Made by a program: the position numbers and the translations under genes. Below the pieces are notes generated by a model. It was not told the DNA's origin and did not search any database. It saw only the letters and a list, made by a program, of their open reading frames with translations. This document shows, piece after piece, positions 8,946 through 17,524 of a DNA stretch of 64,000 bases. This DNA comes from Acidimicrobiia bacterium (GTDB lineage Bacteria; Actinomycetota; Acidimicrobiia; Spongiisociales; Spongiisociaceae), in the NCBI GenBank assembly GCA_041576165.1, contig JBFGLM010000007.1, positions 61,992-125,991 of the forward strand. Reading direction: 5' to 3'. Position 1 is the stretch's first letter. The number at the start of each line of letters is the position of its first letter.

Positions 8946-10287
8946 GTGGCGTGGCTCATCGCCCTCGGGGCGCTTGCGGGATTGCTTCTGGCGGTCGCCA
9001 TCTACGACCTGCTGCAACGCCAGCACACGATCCTCCGTAACTTCCCAATCATCGGCCACTTTCGGTACGCGCTGGAAGCGGTCGGGCCGGAACTTCGGCA
9101 ATACATCGTTACCGACAACGATGAGGAGCGCCCATTCACTCGGGACCAGCGGCGCTGGGTCTACTCCACTGCCAAGAACGAAAACCCCTACTTCGGTTTC
9201 GGAACCGACAACCGGCTCGAGACCCCCGACTACGTGCTGATCCGCCAATCGCCGTTCCCGCACGAGAACGGCACTGCCTCCACAACACCGGCGAAGGCGG
9301 CGTGTCGGACCATCACCTCCACGGCGGCGAGTTGGTCTGGCAGATCGGCACCGGGTATTTCGGCTGTCGCGCCGCCGACGGTGGATTCGACATGGAACAG
9401 TTCGTGGTGACCGCCTCCCACCCCGAGATCAAGGCAATCGAGATCAAGCTGAGCCAGGGCGCCAAGCCCGGCCTCGGCGGTGTGCTGCCGGCAGCCAAAG
9501 TCTCCGGGGAGATCGCTCGGGCCCGAGGTTTGCCGGAAGGCATAGCGGTGGTCAGCCCCAACCGGCACAGCACCTTCCACGACGTTGCGAGCATGGTCGA
9601 CTGGATCGAGCAGCTGGCGGATGCCACCGGCCTGCCGGTTGGCATCAAGTCCGCCGTCGGTCAGACTGCGTTCTGGGATGACCTGGCCGCCCATATGGCC
9701 GCCACCGGCCGCGGGCCCGATTTCATCGCTGTCGATGGAGGAGAAGGCGGCACCGGGGCCGGCCCGCTCGTCTTCACCGACCATGTGGCGTTGCCGTTTC
9801 GGATGGCGATGGCGACCGTCTTCAAAGCCTTCGTGCGCCATGGCATGACCGAAAAGGTCGTGTTCGCAGGGTCGGGCAAGCTCGGTTTCCCCCATCACGG
9901 GCTGGTGGCGATGGCGCTGGGCGCCGACCTGCTCAACGTTGGCCGCGAGGCGATGCTGGCGGTCGGCTGTATCCAAGCCCAGCGCTGCCACACCGGCCAC
10001 TGCCCGACGGGTGTCGCCACCCGTGGTGGCTGACCCGAGGCCTGGATCCAACCAACAAAGCGGTTCGTCTGGCCGGCTACATCGACGCGCTCCGTGCCGA
10101 CTTGCTGAAGCTGGCGTGGGCGTGTGGATATTCGCATCCGGCGCTGGTACCGACGGATGCCATAGAGTTGCTCGACACCCCCGACTCCACAGTCTCCCTC
10201 ATCGACCGATTTGGCTATTCGCCCGACTGGAAACGCCTGACCACGGCCGACGTAGACGCCGTCGACCGGCTCATGAGCGCCGGGTGA
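8946..10287 (+). pseudogene. FMN-binding glutamate synthase family protein (YerD-like), disrupted
   Basis: Three segments separated by two frameshifts: ..ILRNFPIIGHFRY..PFPHEN / CLHNTGEGG..EIKLSQGAKPG..GCIQAQRCHTGHCPTGVAT / WLTRGLDPTNKA..; internal deletion near 9270 (MSFG region absent) and frameshift near 10025. Confidence 0.85.
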
Positions 10288-10321
10288 TGGTCCGGCCGCC
10301 CGGACCCGTTGACTACTCTCC

Positions 10322-10885
10322 GTGGTCAGGGCACAATGGGTTCCGGTGCGGAAACGGCCTGCAATTGTTGCATTTTTGGTACTGGCGGCTGCCGGGGTAG
10401 GCGCGGTAGCGTTTGCCGCCCAGAGTGAGGAAGCGCCGGTGGTCGGGCAGGTCGACGAGCCGGCCGCGGTCAGCCCCGGCCAGGCCAAACACGCCGCGGC
10501 CGTGGTGGCCGAAACCGGTGCGTCCCCAACCGAAGTAGCCGGACTGCGGGCGTCCGGTGCCGGGTGGGGACTGATCCGCCACGGATATGTCCTGGCCGAG
10601 GCAGAAGGGATCGGCGTCGAAGAGGCAATCGAGCGAATTCGCAACGGTGAGGTCGAAGGAAAGCCACCGTGGGCGGGACCGAAACAGGGGGACGGCATCG
10701 CGCCCGGCCAAGCCAGAAAGGCGGCCGAGGTAGCGGCGATCGCTGGTGTTTTGCCCGAGACCGTCGCCGAAGCGAGAGCCGCCGGCACCGGTTGGGGCCA
10801 GCTCAAGAAGGCCGCCGAGCTGGTCGCAAGCGACGGGCTGTCTTTTGAGGAGGCGGTGGCGGCCGTCCGATCGGCCGGGCCCTGA
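10322..10885 (+). CDS. Secreted hypothetical protein with two internal PGQA..GxGWG repeats
   Basis: Signal peptide (RKRPAIVAFLVLAAAGVGAVAFA) and a duplicated ~40-aa unit; start may be the GTG near 10346. Confidence 0.7.
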   Translation: MVRAQWVPVRKRPAIVAFLVLAAAGVGAVAFAAQSEEAPVVGQVDEPAAVSPGQAKHAAAVVAETGASPTEVAGLRASGAGWGLIRHGYVLAEAEGIGVEEAIERIRNGEVEGKPPWAGPKQGDGIAPGQARKAAEVAAIAGVLPETVAEARAAGTGWGQLKKAAELVASDGLSFEEAVAAVRSAGP

Positions 10886-11056
10886 GCGGATCTGTCGGGA
10901 TGTGCGCTCTGGGCTGCCGCCCTGCAATCGCGCTCTCGAGCGTTCCAGCCCTGGCCGCAATGTCACCCCACGGCAGCAGGGTCCAATCCGCCCGGGGGTG
11001 ACGACGAACCGGTCACTGATCCATACGTTGGTTTCATCGCCGACTGAGGAGACAAC

Positions 11057-11460
11057 GTGCCATCCGTGCGCGGCCCCAGCCGCCTCCTCTACAAGGGTGC
11101 GCTGCTCTGGCTGGCATCTGCGGCAATGCACGGCGGGATGCTGGCAATCACAGGCGTTCAATGGGCGGGAGCAGTGTCGTGGCGCTAACCAATCGTCTTC
11201 GGATTCTCGATTGCGCTGCTGCTGGCCACCGTCGGCTGGATCCTCGACCGGTTGCCGGAGCGCCCGAAGCTTGCGGCAAGTCTCGCCTGGACCTTCCTCA
11301 TCGCGTCGTCGGTGGAGGTAGGACTGATCACGCTCCAGGCGTGGCGTGAGAGGGCCTCCCATTTCGACGAAGCGGGCGATGCGATCATCTTCGCGGCTAT
11401 GGGGGCGATGGTCGGGGTCGTGTCGCTGTGCCTGGTGGCTACGCTCATCTGGGCCGCCAG
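11057..11460 (+). pseudogene. Multi-TM membrane protein, nonsense-disrupted and truncated
   Basis: GAGGAG RBS and GTG 11057; in-frame TAA at 11186 in VSWR*PIVFG; hydrophobic frame continues (ITLQAWRERASHF) and breaks near 11460. Confidence 0.7.
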
Positions 11461-11844
11461 CGGCGAGTGTTCGCCGCGCTGCGGGCGGGTGCGTCGGGTT
11501 GTCTCCTCAAGCGCAGCCCTCCGGAAAACCTGGTGGACGGCATCCGGACGGTGGCGGCAGGGGAGGCATTGCTGTCGCCGTCGGTGACCCGCCGACTGAC
11601 AGAGGAGTTTTCGAGCCGCCCGGTTCGCCGCCCCGACCGGGCATTCGACGACTTGACCGGGCGGGAAGGAGAAGTCCTGGTGGCAATGGCGCGGGGGCTG
11701 TCCAACGACGAACTGGCTGCGGCGCTGTTCATCTCGGAGAACACCGTCAAGACGCACATCAAGCGGGTGCTGACCAAACTCGGCGCCCGCGACCGGGTAC
11801 AGGCGGTCGTGATGGCCTATGAGGGCGGGCTGATGGACGACTGA
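11461..11844 (+). pseudogene. NarL/LuxR-family response regulator, 5'-truncated
   Basis: VFAALRAGASGCLLK..LTGREGEVLVAMARGLSNDELAAALFISENTVKTHIKRVLTKLGARDRVQAV; the receiver N-terminus with the phospho-Asp is missing. Confidence 0.85.
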
Positions 11845-12440
11845 CGGGCGGCCTGCGCCACCCACGAGTGCAGCCGGTCACCCACCACCCGCCAGGACCC
11901 GTCGCAATCCGCGGCCACCCGCTCGGCCAGTTCTGCATCCACATGCACGGCTGGCCGGCGACCGAGAACTGACGCCGCGGCGAGGCGGCGAGCCGCCCAC
12001 ACCTGTACCGTGGCGGGGGTGGGGGCGGGCAGTCGAACCCGTCGGATGGTCGCGCCGGGCATGCGGGCGGCCCGCCGCAGGTCGCGATGCACACCCAGTA
12101 CGACGGTGGCCCCGATCTGGGCTGCCGCGCCCAGTGACCGGCGGAGGATCATCCGCGGGATCCGATCCGCCTCGTCCCAATAGGCCAACGACGCAATTGG
12201 AACCGGCCGCCAGCGTGCCCAGCCTTGTTCGACGTGGAGATAGCGTCCCCCTACCGTGCGCTGCCAGTGGAGGAGCAGCGTTGTCTTGCCGGAGCCCCGC
12301 GGTCCGATCACCTGAATGAGGCGATGCGCATCCGGTATGGGAGGGTCGACTTCCCGCTCGATGTAGAGCGGCGGCGCCACCCCCGGCTCAGGATCGGCCA
12401 CAAACGGGTTGCAGCGGAGGCCGAGCGACTCGTACGTCAC
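11817..12440 (-). CDS. Small P-loop NTPase
   Basis: GTG start overlapping the upstream stop (GTGA); LGLRCNPF N-terminus, Walker A GPRGSGKTT, Walker B-like AYWDEAD. Confidence 0.75.
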   Translation of the reverse strand: MTYESLGLRCNPFVADPEPGVAPPLYIEREVDPPIPDAHRLIQVIGPRGSGKTTLLLHWQRTVGGRYLHVEQGWARWRPVPIASLAYWDEADRIPRMILRRSLGAAAQIGATVVLGVHRDLRRAARMPGATIRRVRLPAPTPATVQVWAARRLAAASVLGRRPAVHVDAELAERVAADCDGSWRVVGDRLHSWVAQAARQSSISPPS

Positions 12441-12928
12441 ACCGATATCTCGACGGTGGCCTCGATCTCGACCGGCATTCCGAAGGGAAGGGAGGCCACC
12501 CCGATCGCGGAGCGGGCGTGCCCGCCGCGGTCGGAGCCGAACACCTCGATGATCAGCTCGGAGAATCCGTTGATGACCGCGGGCTGCCGCTCGAACCCCT
12601 CGACTGCCGCCACCATGCCGAACACCCGCAACCAGGCGGCGATCCGGTCGAGCGAGCCGAGCGCTCGCCGCAACGATCCGAGGATTGAGAGCGCGGTTCG
12701 GCGGGCCGCCTCGACCGCCTCTGCCTCGGACACGTCGCGTCCCACCAGCCCGAACGGGCCCTCGATCGGGCCCTCTCGCCCCTGCGGACCGTGTCCCGAG
12801 ACATACGCCCGATTGCCCCGGATTCGGACGAACTCGAAGGGCAAGACCACACCCGCTGGAACCACCAGGGGCGGCGGCAGCTCCAATCCAAGTTGCTCGA
12901 GGCGGTCTTCGATCCGTGCCACCGTCAC
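12437..12928 (-). CDS. RidA/YjgF/UK114 family protein
   Basis: YVSGHGP, VINGFSELI..VFG..GGHARSAIGVASLP..PVEIE; AAAGGAG RBS, GTG 12928. Confidence 0.9.
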   Translation of the reverse strand: MTVARIEDRLEQLGLELPPPLVVPAGVVLPFEFVRIRGNRAYVSGHGPQGREGPIEGPFGLVGRDVSEAEAVEAARRTALSILGSLRRALGSLDRIAAWLRVFGMVAAVEGFERQPAVINGFSELIIEVFGSDRGGHARSAIGVASLPFGMPVEIEATVEISV

Positions 12929-13287
12929 GCTCCTTTCGGGAGGACCCGCACCTCGACGTGTGTCTTGGGATCCCGCGCCCACGCCACATCGAGGCGGGCC
13001 TCGACACGCCAGACCACCCGAATCAGATTCCCGTCATATGACACCGGGGCATCGTCGGGCACGGCCAGCTCGAACTCGAACCACGGCGGAACCATTGTCG
13101 GGTCGCCGTGGAACTCCCGCTCGGCTCCGGCGACGACTGCTCGGTCAACCGAGCCGCGACCTTCCGTCGCAAACGCCAGTTCAACCTTCACCCCGTCGGG
13201 CGCCTTCTCGGACGGGTCCCACACGACCCGCCCGCCGACGGTCTCGCCAAGAGCAACGGTCGCATCGTCGAGGTCGATCTCGATCAC
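12925..13287 (-). CDS. Hypothetical beta-sandwich protein (arrestin/SpoOM-like)
   Basis: 120 aa VIEIDLDD..ATEGRG..FELAVPDDAPVSYDGNLIRVVWRVEA; GTGA coupling on both sides. Confidence 0.7.
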   Translation of the reverse strand: MIEIDLDDATVALGETVGGRVVWDPSEKAPDGVKVELAFATEGRGSVDRAVVAGAEREFHGDPTMVPPWFEFELAVPDDAPVSYDGNLIRVVWRVEARLDVAWARDPKTHVEVRVLPKGA

Positions 13288-13931
13288 CTTGCCACCTCCG
13301 GCGCCACCCGTACCGGCAGAGTCGAGACAACGTCGGGCGCCCCGGCTTCTGACAGGTTGAATATCATCAGCCACTCCACCAGGTTCCACTGCAGTTCGAT
13401 CGTGGGCGGCCCCTCGCCGGGGATGGTGAACTCGAACGCCACGCCCGGGCGGCCCTCTCGCTCCTGGGGGATCACCTCCAGCGGCACCGTCGCGACGTCC
13501 TCGGTCGCCGTCTTCGTATCCGTGCCCACTCGATAGGTTGCCGACTCGCGCAGGATCAGCCGGGCAGTCACGTGGTCCGCCATCGAGTTGTCGCCCAGTG
13601 CAGTCCGATGGAACCAACCGTGGGTCGTCTCGCCCAGCCGCACCGGCCACTTCGAAAGCACCAGGACCGCGTCGCCCCACTCTTTGCCGACCCGGTAGGC
13701 CTTGACGAACGCGACCCAGACGAGGATGTCGGCGACTGCGAACGCGGCTGCGAACGCCAGCAACACGAACCCGCCCTGTCTGAGCCCGATCGCGACGAGG
13801 ACCAAAGTGACGATCGTCCACACCACCGCGAATGCTCCGGTCAGGAGCACCGGTGTCCAGCGTTTCACGCCGGTGGTCAGCTCCCAGCCGTCGGCGACGC
13901 GTTGGGGTTCGTACGAGGCGTCGTGGCCCAT
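13284..13931 (-). CDS. Two-TM membrane protein with C-terminal beta domain
   Basis: Two hydrophobic helices then ESATYRVGTDT..FEFTIP..GPPT..VEW; start could be 13970. Confidence 0.7.
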   Translation of the reverse strand: MGHDASYEPQRVADGWELTTGVKRWTPVLLTGAFAVVWTIVTLVLVAIGLRQGGFVLLAFAAAFAVADILVWVAFVKAYRVGKEWGDAVLVLSKWPVRLGETTHGWFHRTALGDNSMADHVTARLILRESATYRVGTDTKTATEDVATVPLEVIPQEREGRPGVAFEFTIPGEGPPTIELQWNLVEWLMIFNLSEAGAPDVVSTLPVRVAPEVAR

Positions 13932-14075
13932 CCGGCGTGACCGGCCACCTTTCGTCACCCGGAGCTCCATGTGCAGAGAATGTAGCGGCTACCGAGTGCC
14001 AAATCGGTGCGGGGGCCGGCACCACGCCGGCCGCGCCCGAGCTAGCGTGCGGGAATCCGCCCCGGAGGAAGCGCC

Positions 14076-14945
14076 GTGCGTTCGAAGTTCAAGAAGAGTC
14101 ACATCAACGTGCTGGGTATCGACATGGCGTATCACGAGGTCGGGAAAGGCGATCCGGTTGTCTTTCTGCACGGCAACCCCACGTCGTCCTACCTGTGGCG
14201 CAACATCATTCCCTACGTTTCTGATTTCGGCCGCTGCATCGCCCCCGATCTCGTCGGCATGGGGGACTCCGGCAAGATTCCCAACTCGACCGTCGGGACG
14301 TATCGCTTCGTCGAACACAGACAATTCCTCGACGCATTGCTCGCAATGCTGGGAGTCAACAGCAATGTCACCTTCGTGATGCACGATTGGGGGTCGGCCC
14401 TCGGTTTCGACTGGGCCCGGCGGCATCCCGAGTCCGTGCTTGGGCTGTGCTACATGGAAGCAATTGTGACGCCTGTCACGTGGGACGACTGGCCGGAGGA
14501 GGCGACACGAGTTTTCCAGGGTATGCGGTCCGAGGCGGGGGAGGGGATGGTGCTGGAGAAGAACATCTTCGTGGAGCGGATCCTGCCGGCTTCGATCATG
14601 CGGGAACTGAGCGAGGAAGAGATGGCCGAATACCGGCGTCCCTACGAGGTACACGGCGAACCGCGGCGGCCCACCCTCACCTGGCCCCGTGAGATCCCGA
14701 TCGAAGGGGAACCCAAAGACGTGGATGAGATCGTGCGGGAGTACTCGGAGTGGCTGCAGCAGACCAAGATCCCGAAGCTGTTCGTCAACGCCGACCCCGG
14801 CAGCATCCTGGTCGGTCGTCAGCGCGAAGTGGCCCGCAGCTTCCCCAACCAGACCGAAGTCACGGTGCCCGGCATCCACTTCATCCAGGAGGACTCTCCC
14901 GACGAGATCGGTCGTGCCCTCGCCCAGTGGTACGTGGACATCTGA
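14076..14945 (+). CDS. dhaA: Haloalkane dehalogenase (subfamily II, LinB/DhaA-like)
   Basis: HGNPTSSYLWRNIIP, nucleophile HDWGSALG, YMEAI, RRPTLTWPREIP, GIHFIQED. Confidence 0.92.
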   Translation: MRSKFKKSHINVLGIDMAYHEVGKGDPVVFLHGNPTSSYLWRNIIPYVSDFGRCIAPDLVGMGDSGKIPNSTVGTYRFVEHRQFLDALLAMLGVNSNVTFVMHDWGSALGFDWARRHPESVLGLCYMEAIVTPVTWDDWPEEATRVFQGMRSEAGEGMVLEKNIFVERILPASIMRELSEEEMAEYRRPYEVHGEPRRPTLTWPREIPIEGEPKDVDEIVREYSEWLQQTKIPKLFVNADPGSILVGRQREVARSFPNQTEVTVPGIHFIQEDSPDEIGRALAQWYVDI

Positions 14946-15013
14946 ATTTGCCAGCAGCCCGGTAGCCCAGCCGGCGAATTGTCTACGGTTTCGGATGTGC
15001 CACGCTGTGGCCG

Positions 15014-15994
15014 ATGACCGCCAGCGTGAAACGATCGGGCCCGGACCAGGCGCGGCCGGACCGCGAGCCGGCGTGGCTCACTCGGCTGATCATCGTGGCG
15101 GTTCTGGGGATGACGCTCGGCGGGTTTCTGGGCTCTCTCTACTGGGCGCTCGACCTCCTGTCCCACCCCCGGCTCCACTACTTCCTCATCGGCCTGGCCG
15201 CGCTGGTGGTGGGGCTGGTACGCCGGGACCGGGTGGTCCTGGTAGCGGCCGCGTCGGTGCTGGTCATCAATGCCCTCACGATGGCGCCGCTGTTTGTCGG
15301 TGGGCACGCGGATCCGGCGGCCGGAGCCGAGCCGCTGCGAGTGATGACATTCAACCTGTTCCACGTCAACCGCGACACCGACGCCATACTCGATGAGATC
15401 GCGTCCAGCGACGCCGATGTGGTCTTTCTGCACGAGCTGTCGGCCACGGTTCGCCAAGTCATCGAGGAAGATTTGGGTGGCTACCGCTACGCGATGGAAG
15501 ACGGCTGGGGGTTCGCCTCAGGCTCCGCCGCCCTCGTCCGCGAGGGGCTCGAGGTGGTTCCCACCACCCTGCGAATCGGACCGTTCCAGCGATTCCCCGG
15601 CGTGACGCTGGCCTATGAGGGCGCAACGGTGGAGCTGGTCGGGGTGCATCCGCTCTCGCCGGTCACGCCCAATCGGAGCCGGGCCCGAGACCGGGCGTTG
15701 GAGGACGTAGCTCTGTGGGTGACCGACCGACCGGGCGAAGTGGTGGTGGCAGGTGACTTCAACGCCTCGCCGTTCAGCCACGCCTATCGGACCTTCCGGG
15801 ACATCTCCGGGCTCCGCTCCAGCATCGACGGCGCGGGCTGGCAAGGGACCTGGCCCAACACCTGGAAACCATTCCAATTGCCCATCGACCACGCCTTCGT
15901 GTCGGATGGCCTCACCGTGGTCGAGCGTCGGATCGGCGGACACGCAGGTTCGGACCACGCGGCGCTGATCCTCGACCTCGCCCCCGCTGCCTAA
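15014..15994 (+). CDS. Membrane-anchored endonuclease/exonuclease/phosphatase family protein
   Basis: Three N-terminal TM helices; RVMTFNL, AGDFNA, PIDHAF and GSDH motifs. Confidence 0.9.
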   Translation: MTASVKRSGPDQARPDREPAWLTRLIIVAVLGMTLGGFLGSLYWALDLLSHPRLHYFLIGLAALVVGLVRRDRVVLVAAASVLVINALTMAPLFVGGHADPAAGAEPLRVMTFNLFHVNRDTDAILDEIASSDADVVFLHELSATVRQVIEEDLGGYRYAMEDGWGFASGSAALVREGLEVVPTTLRIGPFQRFPGVTLAYEGATVELVGVHPLSPVTPNRSRARDRALEDVALWVTDRPGEVVVAGDFNASPFSHAYRTFRDISGLRSSIDGAGWQGTWPNTWKPFQLPIDHAFVSDGLTVVERRIGGHAGSDHAALILDLAPAA

Positions 15995-16055
15995 CGGCTG
16001 TGGCTCTTGCTTTGGCCGTCGCCTGGCTGTTGCTGTACGGGAGTACCCTGCCTGC

Positions 16056-17522
16056 ATGGAAACTGACCTGTCTCTGCACTCCGCCCGGCGCCAGGACCTG
16101 GCCGAGCGTATCGGTGATGCCATCGCCATCGTCCCCGCCGCCGGCGAGACCGTGCGCAACCACGACGTCCACCATTCGTTCCGGCAGAGTTCCGACTTCT
16201 TCTTCCTGACCGGATTCGACGAGCCCGACGCGGTCGCCGTGATCGACCCGTCCAGCCCGGCAGAGCGGTACGTGCTGTTCGTCCGCCCCCGTGACCGCGA
16301 GCTAGAAATCTGGAATGGCTATCGAGCCGGAGTCGAAGGGGCCAAGGAACGTTATGGAGCGGACGCCGCGTTTCCGATCGCCGAATTGGACACAGAACTC
16401 CGGCGCCGGTTCCTCGGCCGGGCCGCTGTATATGTGCCGCTCGGGGACAGCACGTTTCGCAGCAAGATCTCAGCTCTGATCGCGGGACTGGGGGGGCTGA
16501 GCGAACGCTTCGGCCGGCTGGTCCCGGGGGAGCTGCGCGACGTGTCGGCGCTGGTCCACGACTTGCGCCTGCGCAAGACCGACGCGGAACTCGTTGCGCT
16601 CCGCACTGCATGTGACATCTCTGCCGAGGGTCATGCCGAAGCCATGCGATTCGCCGCCCCGGGCCGCTACGAATACCAGGTGCAGACGGCAATGGAGTAC
16701 ATCTTCCGCATGCGAGGATCACGCCGCGACGGTTATCCGGCGATCGTGGCGGGAGGTGGCAACGCCTGCGTGCTGCATTACACCGAGAACGATCAGGTAC
16801 TGGCCGATGGTGACCTGTTGCTGATTGACGCCGGAGCCGAGTACCGCTACTTCTCGGCCGACATCACTCGGACGTTCCCCGTCAACGGCACGTTCACGGC
16901 TCCCCAACGCACCATCTACGACCTCGTACTGGCAGCGCAGGTGGCTGCTTTCGAGCATACGGTCGCCGGATCGACCATCCGGGCGATACACCAAACGACG
17001 GTGGAAACGATCACCGCCGGCCTCGTCGATCTGGGGCTGCTGCCGGGTCCGGTAGAGGACGCGGTCCGGATGCACCACTACCGGGAGTTCTTCATGCACG
17101 GCACCGGCCACTGGTTGGGCATGGACGTACATGACGCGGGCTCCTACGGTCTGGACGGTAAACCACGGCCGCTGGAACCCGGCATGACGTTCACTGTCGA
17201 GCCCGGCATCTACATCGCGCCGGACCGGAGCGAGATTGAACTGACACTTCTCGATTACGACCTCGACGAGTGGACCGAGCGCCGCATGCTGATGGGCACG
17301 GCCAAGGCGAAGGAACTCGAAACCGAAGAGAAGGCAAAGGCCGCCACGATCACCCACGAGATCCCGGAGGAGTTCCGCGGCATCGGTGTGCGGATCGAGG
17401 ACGACATCCTCATCACCGACAGCGGGTACGAGAACCTGACGGCGGCCGTCCCCACCGACCCCGGCGAGGTCGAAGCCCTGGCCAGTGAGGTGTCTCAGCT
17501 GCCGGTGCTCGAGAGCCGCTGA
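16056..17522 (+). CDS. pepP: Xaa-Pro aminopeptidase (aminopeptidase P)
   Basis: FRQSSDFFFLTG, LIDAGAE, ADITRT, HGTGHWLGMDVHD, TVEPGIY, GVRIEDD. Confidence 0.95.
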   Translation: METDLSLHSARRQDLAERIGDAIAIVPAAGETVRNHDVHHSFRQSSDFFFLTGFDEPDAVAVIDPSSPAERYVLFVRPRDRELEIWNGYRAGVEGAKERYGADAAFPIAELDTELRRRFLGRAAVYVPLGDSTFRSKISALIAGLGGLSERFGRLVPGELRDVSALVHDLRLRKTDAELVALRTACDISAEGHAEAMRFAAPGRYEYQVQTAMEYIFRMRGSRRDGYPAIVAGGGNACVLHYTENDQVLADGDLLLIDAGAEYRYFSADITRTFPVNGTFTAPQRTIYDLVLAAQVAAFEHTVAGSTIRAIHQTTVETITAGLVDLGLLPGPVEDAVRMHHYREFFMHGTGHWLGMDVHDAGSYGLDGKPRPLEPGMTFTVEPGIYIAPDRSEIELTLLDYDLDEWTERRMLMGTAKAKELETEEKAKAATITHEIPEEFRGIGVRIEDDILITDSGYENLTAAVPTDPGEVEALASEVSQLPVLESR

Positions 17523-17524
17523 GC

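Noticed and set aside
12441-13007. N-terminal half of the 396-aa ORF 11817..13007 (and of 12925..14025)
   Set aside because: Overlaps genuine genes in other frames; the true starts are the GTGA-coupled codons at 12440 and 13287.
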